DNA of 26,300 bases, from positions 1 through 26,300 of the forward strand of contig CAXHJY010000243.1 in assembly GCA_964016885.1 (NCBI GenBank), read 5' to 3'. Numbering within the stretch: the first letter of the stretch is position 1; the number at the start of each line of letters is the position of its first letter. The DNA comes from Eledone cirrhosa (taxonomy: Eukaryota). Below, in pieces: positions 1 to 13,390 of the stretch. The notes below the pieces were generated by a model, which saw only the letters and a list, made by a program, of their open reading frames with translations, was not told the origin of the DNA and did not search any database. A program made the position numbers and the translations under genes.

Positions 1-707
1 TTTATATATGATGTATATGTATATCTATATATTGATGTATATGTATATATATATATTTATATGTATATGTATATATATATATTTATATGTTTATGTATAT
101 GTATATATATTTATATATTATGTATATGTATATATATATATTTATATGTATATATATATAATTTATATATATGTATATATATATATTTATATATATGTAT
201 ATATATATATTTATATATATATATTTATATATATGTATATATATATATTTATATATATGTATATGTATATATATATATTTATGTATATGTATATATATAT
301 ATTTATGTATATGTATATATATATATTTATGTATATGTATATATATATATTTATATATATGTATATGTATATATATATATTTATGTATATGTATATATAT
401 ATATTTATGTATATGTATATATATATATTTATATATGTATATGTATATATAAATATTTATGTATATGTATATATATATATTTATATGTATATGTATATGT
501 ATATATAAATATTTATGTATATGTATATATATATATTTATATGTATATGTATATATATATATTTATATATATGTATATGTATATATATATATTTATGTAT
601 ATGTATATATATATATATTTATGTATATATATATATATATTTATGTATATATATATATATATATATTTATGTATATATATATATATTTATGTATATATAT
701 ATATATT

Positions 708-776
<69 letters not shown>

Positions 777-960
777 GTATATGTATATTATATATATGTA
801 TATGTATTTATATATATGTATATATATATATTTATATATATGTATATATATATATTTATATATATGTATATATATATATTTATATATATGTATATATATA
901 TATTTATATATATGTATATATATATTTATATATATGTATATATATATATTTATATATATG

Positions 961-991
<31 letters not shown>

Positions 992-1065
992 GTATATATA
1001 TATTTATATATATATATATATATTTATGTATATATATATATTTATATATATGTATATATATATTT

Positions 1066-1097
<32 letters not shown>

Positions 1098-3257
1098 GTA
1101 TATATATATTTATGTATATGTATATGTATATATATATATTTATATATATGTATATATATATATTTATGTATATGTATATATATATATTTATATATATGTA
1201 TATGTATATATATGTATATATAAATATTTATATTTATATATGTATATATATATATTTATATATGTATATATATATATTTATATTTATATATGTATATATA
1301 TATATTTATATTATATATGTATATATATATATTTATATATATATATGTATATATTTATATTTATATATATATATGTATATATTTATATTTATATATATAT
1401 ATGTATATATATATATTTATATATGTATATATATATATATATATATTTATATATGTTATATATATATATTTATATATATATATGTATATATATATGTATA
1501 TTTATATATATATGTATATATATATGTATATTTATATATATATATGTATATATATATGTATATTTATATATATATATATTTATATATATGTATATGTATA
1601 TGTATATATATATGTATATGTATATATATATATATTTATATATATGTATATGTATATATATATATTTATATATATGTATATATATATATATATTTATATA
1701 TATGTATATATATATATATTTATATATGTATATGTATATGTATATATATATATTTATATATGTATATGTATATATATTTATATATATGTATATATATATA
1801 TTTATATATATGTATATATATATATTTATATATATGTATATATATATATTTATATATATGTATATATATATATTTATATATATGTATATATATATATTTA
1901 TATATGCATATGTATATGTATATATATTTATATATGTATATGTATATATATATTTATATATATGTATATATATATTTATATATATGTATATATATATATT
2001 TGTATATGTATATATATTTATATATGTATATGTATATATATTTATATATGTATATGTATATGTATATATATATATTTATGTATATATATATATATTTATA
2101 TATGTATATGTATATGTATATATATATATTGATGTATATGTATATCTATATATTGATGTATATGTATATATATATATTTATATGTATATGTATATATATA
2201 TATTTATATGTTTATGTATATGTATATATATTTATATATATGTATATGTATATATATATATTTATATGTATATATATATATTTATATATATGTATATATA
2301 TATATTTATATATATGTATATATATATATTTATATATATATATATTTATATATATGTATATATATATATTTATATATATGTATATGTATATATATATATT
2401 TATGTATATGTATATATATATATTTATATATATGTATATGTATATATATATATTTATGTATATGTATATATATATATTTATGTATATGTATATATATATA
2501 TTTATATATGTATATGTATATATAAATATTTATGTATATGTATATATATATATTTATATGTATATGTATATGTATATATAAATATTTATGTATATGTATA
2601 TATATATATTTATATGTATATGTATATATATATTTATATATATGTATATGTATATATATATATTTATGTATATGTATATATATATATTTATATATATGTA
2701 TATGTATATATATATATTTATATGTATATATATATTTATATATATGTATATATATATATTTATATATATGTATATATATATATTTATATATATATATTTA
2801 TATATATGTATATATATATATTTATATATATGTATATGTATATATATATATTTATGTATATGTATATATATATATTTATGTATATGTATATATATATAAT
2901 TTATATATATGTATATGTATATATATATATTTATGTATATGTATATATATATTTATGTATATGTATATATATATATTTATATATGTATATGTATATATAA
3001 ATATTTATGTATATGTATATATATATATTTATATGTATATGTATATGTATATATAAATATTTATGTATATGTATATATATATATTTATATGTATATGTAT
3101 ATATATATATATTTATATATATGTATATGTATATATATATATTTATGTATATGTATATATATATATATTTATGTATATATATATATATATTTATGTATAT
3201 ATATATATATATATATTTATGTATATATATATATATTTATGTATATATATATATATT

Positions 3258-3308
<51 letters not shown>

Positions 3309-3503
3309 TTATATATATGTATATGTATTTATATATATGTATATGTATTTATATATATGTATATATATATATTTATATATATGTATATATATATATTTAT
3401 ATATATGTATATATATATATTTATATATATGTATATATATATATTTATATATATGTATATATATATATTTATATATATGTATATATATATATTTATATAT
3501 ATG

Positions 3504-3536
<33 letters not shown>

Positions 3537-3610
3537 GTATATATATATTTATATATATATATATATATTTATGTATATATATATATTTATATATATGTAT
3601 ATATATATTT

Positions 3611-3642
<32 letters not shown>

Positions 3643-4286
3643 GTATATATATATTTATGTATATGTATATGTATATATATATATTTATATATATGTATAT
3701 ATATATATTTATGTATATGTATATATATATATTTATATATATGTATATGTATATATATGTATATATAAATATTTATATTTATATATGTATATATATATAT
3801 TTATATATATATATTTATATATATGTATATATATATATTTATATATATGTATATGTATATATATATATTTATGTATATGTATATATATATATTTATGTAT
3901 ATGTATATATATATATTTATATATATGTATATGTATATATATATATTTATGTATATGTATATATATATATTTATGTATATGTATATATATATATTTATAT
4001 ATGTATATGTATATATAAATATTTATGTATATGTATATATATATATTTATATGTATATGTATATGTATATATAAATATTTATGTATATGTATATATATAT
4101 ATTTATATGTATATGTATATATATATATTTATATATATGTATATGTATATATATATATTTATGTATATGTATATATATATATATTTATGTATATATATAT
4201 ATATATTTATGTATATATATATATATATATATTTATGTATATATATATATATTTATGTATATATATATATATTTATATATTATATA

Positions 4287-4337
<51 letters not shown>

Positions 4338-4522
4338 GTATATGTATTTATATATATGTATATGTATTTATATATATGTATATATATATATTTATATATA
4401 TGTATATATATATATTTATATATATGTATATATATATATTTATATATATGTATATATATATATTTATATATATGTATATATATATATTTATATATATGTA
4501 TATATATATATTTATATATATG

Positions 4523-4553
<31 letters not shown>

Positions 4554-4985
4554 GTATATATATATTTATATATATATATATATATTTATGTATATATATA
4601 TATTTATATATATGTATATATATATTTATATATATGTATATTGTATATATATATATATATGTATATATATATTTATGTATATGTATATGTATATATATAT
4701 ATTTATATATATGTATATATATATATTTATGTATATGTATATATATATATTTATATATATGTATATGTATATATATGTATATATAAATATTTATATTTGT
4801 ATATGTATATATATATATTTATATATGTATATATATATATTTATATTTATATATGTATATATATATATTTATATTTATATATGTATATATATATATTTAT
4901 ATATATATATGTATATATTTATATTTATATATATATATGTATATATTTATATTTATATATATATATGTATATATATATATATTTA

Positions 4986-5016
<31 letters not shown>

Positions 5017-7551
5017 ATGTATATATATATATATTTATATATATATATGTATATATATATGTATATTTATATATATATATGTATATATATATGTATATTT
5101 ATATATATATATGTATATATATATGTATATTTATATATATATATATTATATATATGTATATGTATATGTATATATATATGTATATGTATATATATATATA
5201 TTTATATATATGTATATGTATATATATATATTTATATATATGTATATATATATATATATTTTATATATATGTATATATATATATATTTATATATGTATAT
5301 GTATATGTATATATATATTTATATATGTATATGTATATATATTTATATATATGTATATATATATATTTATATATATGTATATATATATATTTATATATAT
5401 GTATATATATATATTTATATATATGTATATATATATATTTATATATATGTATATATATATATTTATATATGCATATGTATATGTATATATATTTATATAT
5501 GTATATGTATATATATATTTATATATATGTATATATATATTTATATATATGTATATATATATATTTGTATATGTATATATATTTATATATGTATATGTAT
5601 ATATATTTATATATGTATATGTATATGTATATATATATATTTATGTATATATATATATATTTATATATGTATATGTATATGTATATATATATATTGATGT
5701 ATATGTATATCTATATATTGATGTATATGTATATATATATATTTATATGTATATGTATATATATATATTTATATGTTTATGTATATGTATATATATTTAT
5801 ATATATGTATATGTATATATATATATTTATATGTATATATATATATTTATATATATGTATATATATATATTTATATATATGTATATATATATATTTATAT
5901 ATATATATATTTATATATATGTATATATATATATTTATATATATGTATATGTATATATATATATTTATGTATATGTATATATATATATTTATATATATGT
6001 ATATGTATATATATATATTTATGTATATGTATATATATATATTTATGTATATGTATATATATATATTTATATATGTATATGTATATATAAATATTTATGT
6101 ATATGTATATATATATATTTATATGTATATGTATATGTATATATAAATATTTATGTATATGTATATATATATATTTATATGTATATGTATATATATATAT
6201 TTATATATATGTATATGTATATATATATATTTATGTATATGTATATATATATATTTATATATATGTATATGTATATATATATATTTATATATATGTATAT
6301 GTATATATATATATTTATGTATATGTATATATATATATTTATATATATGTATATGTATATATATATATTTATATATATGTATATGTATATATATATATTT
6401 ATGTATATGTATATATATATATTTATATATATATATATATATTTATATATATGTATATATATATATTTATATATGTATATATATATATTTATATATGTAT
6501 ATGTATATATATTTATATATATATGTATATATATATATTTATGTATATATGTATATATATGTATTTATATGTATATGTATATATATATATATTTATATAT
6601 ATATGTATATATATATATTTATATATATATGTATATATATATATTTATATGTATATGTATATATATATATTTATATATATATGTATATATATATATTTAT
6701 ATGTATATGTATATATATATATTTATATGTATATGTATATATATATATTTATATGTATATGTATATATATATATTTATATGTATATGTATATATATATAT
6801 TTATATGTATATGTATATATATATATTTATATGTATATGTATATATATATATTTATATGTATATGTATATATATATATTTATATATATATGTATATGTAT
6901 ATATATATATTTATATATATATGTATATGTATATATATATATTTATATATATATGTATATGTATATATATATATTTATATATATATGTATATGTATATAT
7001 ATATATTTATATATATATGTATATGTATATATATTTATATATATATGTATATGTATATATATATATTTATATATATGTATATATGTATATATATATATTT
7101 ATATATATTTGTATATATGTATATATATATGTATATATATATGTATATGTTTATATATATATTTGTATATATGTGTATATGTATATATATATATTTATAT
7201 ATATGTATATATATATATTTATATATATGTATATATATATATTTATATATATGTATATATATATATTTATATATATGTATATATATATATTTATATATAT
7301 GTATATATATTTATATATATGTATATATGTATATATATATATTTATATATATGTATATATATTTATATATATGTATATATGTATATATATATATTTATAT
7401 ATATGTATATATATATATTTATATATGTGTATATATATATGTATATATATATGTATATATTTATATATATGTATATATGTATATATATATATTTATATAT
7501 GTGTATATATATATGTATGTATATGTGTATATATATATATTTATATATATG

Positions 7552-7587
<36 letters not shown>

Positions 7588-7597
7588 TATATATATG

Positions 7598-7628
<31 letters not shown>

Positions 7629-7731
7629 GTATATATATATATATATATTTATGTATATATATATTTATATATATATATATATTTATATATATGTATATAT
7701 ATATTTATATATATGTATATATATATTTATA

Positions 7732-7762
<31 letters not shown>

Positions 7763-7945
7763 ATGTATATATATATTTATATATGTATATATATATTTAT
7801 ATATGTATATATATATATATTTATATATGTATATATATATTTATATATATGTATATATATATATTTATATATGTATATATATATATATTTATATATGTAT
7901 ATATATATATATTTATATATGTATATATATATATATATATATTTA

Positions 7946-7976
<31 letters not shown>

Positions 7977-8543
7977 ATGTATATATATATATTTATATAT
8001 GTATATATATATATATATATATTTATATATGTATATATATATATATATTTATATATGTATATATATATTTATATATGTATATATATATATATATTTATAT
8101 ATGTATATATATATATATATTTATATATATGTATATATATATATATATGTATATATGTATATATATATATATTTATATATATGTATATATATATATATTT
8201 ATATATATGTATATATATATATATTTATATATATGTATATATATATATATATTTATATATGTATATATATATATATTTATATATATGTATATATATCTAT
8301 ATATTTATATATATGTATATATATATATATTTATATATGTATATATATATATATTTATATATGTATATATATATATATTTATATATGTATATATATATAT
8401 AATTATATATGTATATATATATATATTTATATATGTATATATATATATTTATGTATATCTATATATTTATATATATGTATATATATATATATTTATATAT
8501 ATGTATATATATATAAATATTTATATATATGTATTTATATATA

Positions 8544-8603
<60 letters not shown>

Positions 8604-9210
8604 AATATTTATATATATGTATTTATATATATATTTATATATATGCATATATATATATATTTATATATATGTATTTATATATATATACTTATATATATGT
8701 ATATATATATATTTATATATATGTATATATATTTATATATATGTATATATATATTTATATATATGTATATATATATATTTATATATATGTATATATATAT
8801 ATTTATATATATGTATATATATATATTTATATATATGTATATATATATATTTATATATATGTATATATATTTATATATATGTATATATATTTATATATAT
8901 GTATATATATTTATATATATTTATATATATTTATATATATGTATATATATTTATATATATTTATATATATTTATATATATGTATATATATTTATATATAT
9001 ATATTTATATATATTTATATTTATATATATATATTTATATATATTTATATATATGTATATATATGTATATATATTTATATATATGTATATATATTTATAT
9101 ATATGTATATATATTTATATATATGTATATATATGTATATATATTTATATGTATATATATATATATTTATATATATGTATATATACATACATGTACACAT
9201 ATATATATGT
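1..9210. repeat. TA-derived compound satellite (TATATG/TATTTA variants) with higher-order duplications
   Basis: Almost pure alternating TA, punctuated by G and TTT on the + strand. Rare marker variants recur: TATCTATATATTGATG near 25, 2146 and 5711; ATGCATA near 1907 and 5472; TAAATATTT pairs. Confidence 0.97.
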
Positions 9211-10432
9211 ACGTATGCATTCACCAAACATTTATTATTATAATGCTCGGTGCGTTTGTAAACAAACATCCCGTATAAAGCCGCAGTGTCTAGCAACCAC
9301 CGTTGCTCGTTTGTTCAACACTGACAAAGGGACGCAGTACTAGTTTCACCTATGACAGTTCAAAGAGCGGTGACAGAAGACTTGAAAATGAAATCGTGAG
9401 ACCTGTGAGACACCTTGTTACTCCAGGACAAAATGTTAGAATGTTGAAGTGGGCAAAGATCATCGCGAACAAAGTAAAATATAATTCTGGCGTGATCTTT
9501 GACACAAATGAGAAGAATTTCACCCAAGATATGCACACAAACAGACGCAACAGTCTCGTTCTGGTTTTTCAGATCCTGACGAGAGACACAAAAATGCAAT
9601 TCTCAGGTGCAGAAACCCTGCCAAATACATGATTTTCGCTTGCGTGTCCTCCAATGGAAAGAAGATGCCATTGATAGTGTTTCAAAGGCTGAGAGTCTGA
9701 CAGGAGTCTGTTATGTTCAGGTTCTGAAAGATGTAAAGACCTGGTTGCTTTCTGAACATCCTGAGGCAAGAGTCGAGAGAAACCCCAACAAGATCGCTAA
9801 GGACTTCAAGTTTACATTCCAGCAAGACGGAGCTACGTGCCACACAAAAGACATGGCTCAAAATTTTCTCATGGATGAGTTCGGGAACAGGTTTGGGTAA
9901 GGACACTTGGCCCCCTTCATCACCTGATTTGAACCCATTAGACTTCAGCATCTGGAATGAACCGGTAAAAAAAGCTTGTGAGAAGGCCCAGAGTAACCTG
10001 CAAGCCCTCAAACTCGCAATCCGTAGACTTTATTAAGAAAGTTTGTGATGCAGTCAGAAAGAGGGTTGAGGAAGTCATTGCCAAAAGAGGAGCAACTCTT
10101 CATGCCTAACAGTTAGGATTTGGGCCAGGATTGTCTCTGGCACTTTGCAATAAAACTTTAAGCTTCCATTCAAACTTTATTCCAATCTTTTATGAGCTCC
10201 CAACCCTGAGCTACGGTTAATTATTTATGAAAATGTCATTTTCATCCATGATCAACTTCATCACAAATTCTCTGGTGATCTTGGAGAGTAATCAAGATTT
10301 TTCATGCTCAAAGTGGAGTCCAGTAGTGTTAGAAAAACCCCTGACAATTCCATTAATTTATCTTTAAGCATTTCTGAGATACAGAGATTCGAAGTTGAAT
10401 CTAAAATTTGGACAATTTTTCTGGTACACCCG

Positions 10433-10433
<1 letters not shown>
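9211..10433 (+). mobile_element. Tc1/mariner DNA transposon remnant (maT/DD37D-like), 5'-truncated
   Basis: Contains transposase motifs (next feature). The right end reads TA|TCGGGTGTACCAGAAAAA on the - strand, a mariner-type terminus abutting (TA)n. No matching left TIR is visible. Confidence 0.85.
9230..10109 (+). pseudogene. Frameshifted DD(37/38)D transposase pseudogene
   Basis: Spread across frames: SPMTVQRAVTEDLKMKS (HTH-like), RHLVTPGQNVRMLKWAK, IFDTNEKNF (first catalytic D appears as N, 9507-9509), FTFQQDGATCHT, WPPSSPDLNPLDFSIW, KKVCDAVRKRVEEVIAKRGATLHA* (TAA at 10107-10109). Multiple frameshifts and stops. Confidence 0.9.
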
Positions 10434-10465
<32 letters not shown>

Positions 10466-10581
10466 TAGAGATAGATATAGAGAGATAGAGAGATAGATAT
10501 AGAGAGATAGATATAGAGAGAGAGAGAGATAGATATAGAGAGATAGATATAGAGAGAGAGAGAGAGATAGATATAGAGAGA
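10434..10581. repeat. (TA)n then GA/GATA compound microsatellite
   Basis: Direct reading. Confidence 0.95.
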
Positions 10582-10895
10582 TCCCAGCACTGGATTGGAA
10601 CTTTATTTATCAACCTCCAATGGGTAAAAGGTAAGATTGGACTGAGCAGTATCTGGCAAGATTTGAACCCAGAACAAAATTAGCAGAAAGTAATTGTTTC
10701 TACTTTTGGCACAAGGCCAGCAATTACCTAGTACATTACTGGTACTTTATTTTATCGACCCCGTAAAGATGAAAGGCAAAGTTAACCTCAGCGCGATTTG
10801 AACTCAGAGAATGGCAAGGGACGTAACTCTATGCTTCAAAGCATGCAGAAAGTAATACTGCCAAGTATATTAGACGTCACTATAACGACTCTATC
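10582..10895 (-). mobile_element. Old, diverged tRNA-SINE (family A) interrupted by a younger copy
   Basis: The - strand has a decayed head (10857-10895), B-box-like GGGTTCAAATC (~10661-10671) and a decayed body/GTTCCAATCCAGTGCTGGG segment, all colinear with family A. Confidence 0.6.
10691..10844 (-). mobile_element. Young tRNA-SINE family A, 5'-truncated, with 12-bp TSD
   Basis: B box GAGTTCAAATC, body TTTGCCTTTCATC..GGGGTCGATAAAATAAAGTACCAG, tail GCCTTGTGCCAAAAGTAGAAACAATTA. Direct repeat GCAGAAAGTAAT at 10683-10694 and 10845-10856. Confidence 0.9.
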
Positions 10896-10926
10896 ACTTG
10901 GCCACTTGAAAGAGAATTATAAACAA

Positions 10927-11112
10927 CTGACAGACTGAAGTGGCAGCGGGACAGACAGAGAGACTGGCAGACTGGCAGACAGGCAGACTGAAGTGGCAGC
11001 AGGACAGACAGACAGACTGGCAGACTGGCAGACAGGCAGACTGAAGTGGCAGACAGGCAGACAGGCAGACAGGCAGATAGACTGACTGAAGTGACAGACG
11101 GACAGACAGACA
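10927..11112. repeat. GACA/GGCA-based minisatellite
   Basis: Repeated CAGACTGAAGTGGCAG and GACTGGCA motifs. Confidence 0.85.
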
Positions 11113-11333
11113 TATAGGTTTCGCATTTAGGCACAAGGCCAACAATTTGGGCGAAGAGGGGAAAGTCGATTAAATCAACCCCAGTACATTACTGGTACTT
11201 TATTTTATCGACCCCGTAAGGATGAAAGGCAAAGTTAACCTCGGCGGGATTTGAACTCAGAATGTAAAGGGCCATAACTCTATGCTGCAAAGCATGGTGT
11301 CTGACGCTCTACCGATGCTGCCAATCCACCGCC
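11113..11333 (-). mobile_element. Full-length tRNA-SINE family A (long variant)
   Basis: The - strand starts GGCGGTGGATTGGCAGCATCGGTAGAGC (A box), then GAGTTCAAATCCCGCC (B box) and the conserved body. It has an extra ~30-nt segment before the tail that the short copies lack. Confidence 0.9.
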
Positions 11334-11334
11334 C

Positions 11335-11720
11335 TGTCAGACAGACATATTGACAGGTAGGCAGGCAGAGAGGGCAGATAGTCGGACTGAAATGGCAGAG
11401 GGGTAGACAGACAGACATACTGACAGACGGAGAAAAGCCAAACGGACAGACACACAGGCAGACAGACAGACAGACTGCAGAAGCAGGTGGACAGACAGAC
11501 AGACAAGAGGCAGTCGGACAGACAGACAGGTACAGGCAAACAGAGAGATAAACTGACAGACAGACAGGTACAGGCAAACAGAGAGATAAACTGACAGACA
11601 GACAGGTACAGGCAAACAGAGAGATAAACAGACAGACAGACAGGTACAGGCAAACAGAGAGATAAACTGACACAGACAGACAGACAGAGAGATACAGGCA
11701 GACAGGTAGAGGCCGACAGT
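11335..11720. repeat. GACA-rich minisatellite including ~4 copies of a 38-bp unit
   Basis: GGTACAGGCAAACAGAGAGATAAAC begins at 11529, 11567, 11605 and 11643. Confidence 0.9.
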
Positions 11721-12153
11721 CAGAGTGAAGAGGCAGATGGAGCAACAAGGTAGTTAAGACAGGAAGGTGGATGTGTCCCATCTAACATATCCAGATTTCA
11801 TTAAAAAGTCATTATATTCACACTTGATAGCAGTTGTATATATATTGAATGTTAACATATGCATACTTTATGAGCAGCAGATGCCAGACTTGTTGCCAGT
11901 AGTAAACCCTTTGGATATCAACTTGGTGATCCACGTTCAATTCTTGGCTTTAAATATTTCATTCTGCCAAAACTTTAAAGAAATATAAGGACAATGGCAG
12001 AAATGCCAGAACTTTGGACTAGATCTTTTTATCACACACACCCACACACACACGCACACACGCACACGCGCACACATAATGGCTGCAAACTCTGCTAAGA
12101 GTATTGTAATTGCTTGTCAGATTATAGAGTTTGATGCATTTTATATATATATA

Positions 12154-12289
12154 AAGTAAATATGTTTTGAAACAGTGAGCGAGTTTGAAATTAGAAATAT
12201 AAGCTTTCACCGTATTTTTGACTAAAGAAAGTTTTAGCCTGATAGAGGGGTTTAGAACCCTCAGAGAAATGGAAAAAGATGAGTATTGA
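12154..12289 (+). repeat. Dispersed ~136-bp repeat, copy 1 (inverted relative to 17593-17729)
   Basis: Close reverse-complement match to 17593-17729. The ORF track shows near-identical peptides MKAYISNFK.AHCFKTYLL on opposite strands. Confidence 0.9.
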
Positions 12290-12457
12290 TGTACATATTT
12301 CTAATATATATATATATATATATATATGCAAAAGTTTTATTTAAAATTGTTGGGTTACAACAAGTAAATATTTTATAACTGATATAAAGCACTCGACAAG
12401 TTTTGGAGTAGATATACGATATTAAACAAATGGAAACTATATTTATAAAACCATATT

Positions 12458-12523
12458 TATTTCATTATACATATTTCGGGGATACCATATTAAAAATATG
12501 GCATGCCTTCTTCAGATAAAATA
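12458..12523 (-). ncRNA. Minimal type I hammerhead ribozyme (mirror copy)
   Basis: Reverse-complement twin of 12681-12746. Confidence 0.7.
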
Positions 12524-12680
12524 CAATATATAAACAGTTTTATAAATAATTTTGACGTACCATAAATATTGAGCAACCGTTATGTAAGAAGCTGGTTTGG
12601 TAGTCAAACCAGCTTCTTACATAACGGTTGCTCAATATTTATGGTACGTCAAAATTATTTATAAAACTGTTTATATATTG

Positions 12681-12746
12681 TATTTTATCTGAAGAAGGCA
12701 TGCCATATTTTTAATATGGTATCCCCGAAATATGTATAATGAAATA
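12681..12746 (+). ncRNA. Minimal type I hammerhead ribozyme
   Basis: Stem I TATTTTAT/ATGAAATA. Core CUGAAGA (12689-12695). Stem II built on GG..ATGCCATATT/AATATGGTAT..CC. GAAA (12727-12730). Tiny stem III T-ATGT-A. Predicted cleavage triplet AUA ending at 12738. Confidence 0.7.
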
Positions 12747-12786
12747 AATATGGTTTTATAAATATAGTTTCCATTTGTTTAATATC

Positions 12787-12830
<44 letters not shown>

Positions 12831-13314
12831 TGCCATGTATGAATTATTCGTATTCTGAGGATTTGGTCAGAGGTAAATAATGTAATGGTGATCGAGTGAC
12901 GCAACTTCAAGTGATTAGCGACCTCTAGACTCACCCGATCAATGAAACAATTGTTAATACCTGAAATAAAGCCCCTTGTTGTAGAGCCAACCATGTTACT
13001 CTTCATTCTTTAACTATTATTACTCCAAGTATAACCTGCATAGAAATTACCGCGAATTCGCTACCTAACTATGGAAACATCTTGTTGAGTCAAACAAAGC
13101 CGCACGTTAAAACTATCCACGACGCAGAGTACTCAACCTCTAACTGGATTACCTATAACGATAACTTGTTATCCCATATATATATAGTGAGAGATTTTTC
13201 ATCACGCAGTCTCCTCAGTAATGTAACAGACTGTGTGAAGGAGCCCTGACAATTAAATGAATATCTGATTGGTTGATTAATTACTGAAGCAAAACTCAAA
13301 CACATAAACTCATC

Positions 13315-13387
<73 letters not shown>

Positions 13388-13390
<3 letters not shown>

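Larger units (their letters stand above)
12416..12788. repeat. Perfect palindrome: 184-bp arms with a 5-nt spacer (GTAGT), probably inverted Penelope-like pLTR sequence
   Basis: 12416-12599 is the reverse complement of 12605-12788, with no mismatch found by eye. Confidence 0.95.

Noticed and set aside
8-9343. Very long ORFs (up to 1496 aa) of I/Y/M/C/V/F
   Set aside because: They translate a TA satellite lacking stop codons; all three frames are similar and no domain is present.
11767-11988. 73-aa ORF in unique sequence as a possible host exon
   Set aside because: No recognisable motif or convincing splice-site pair; the - strand frames contain stops.
12238-12270. CTGATAGAGGGG...CCCTCAGAGAAA as a hammerhead
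   Set aside because: Core spacing is non-canonical, and the second copy reads CTGATAGTG.
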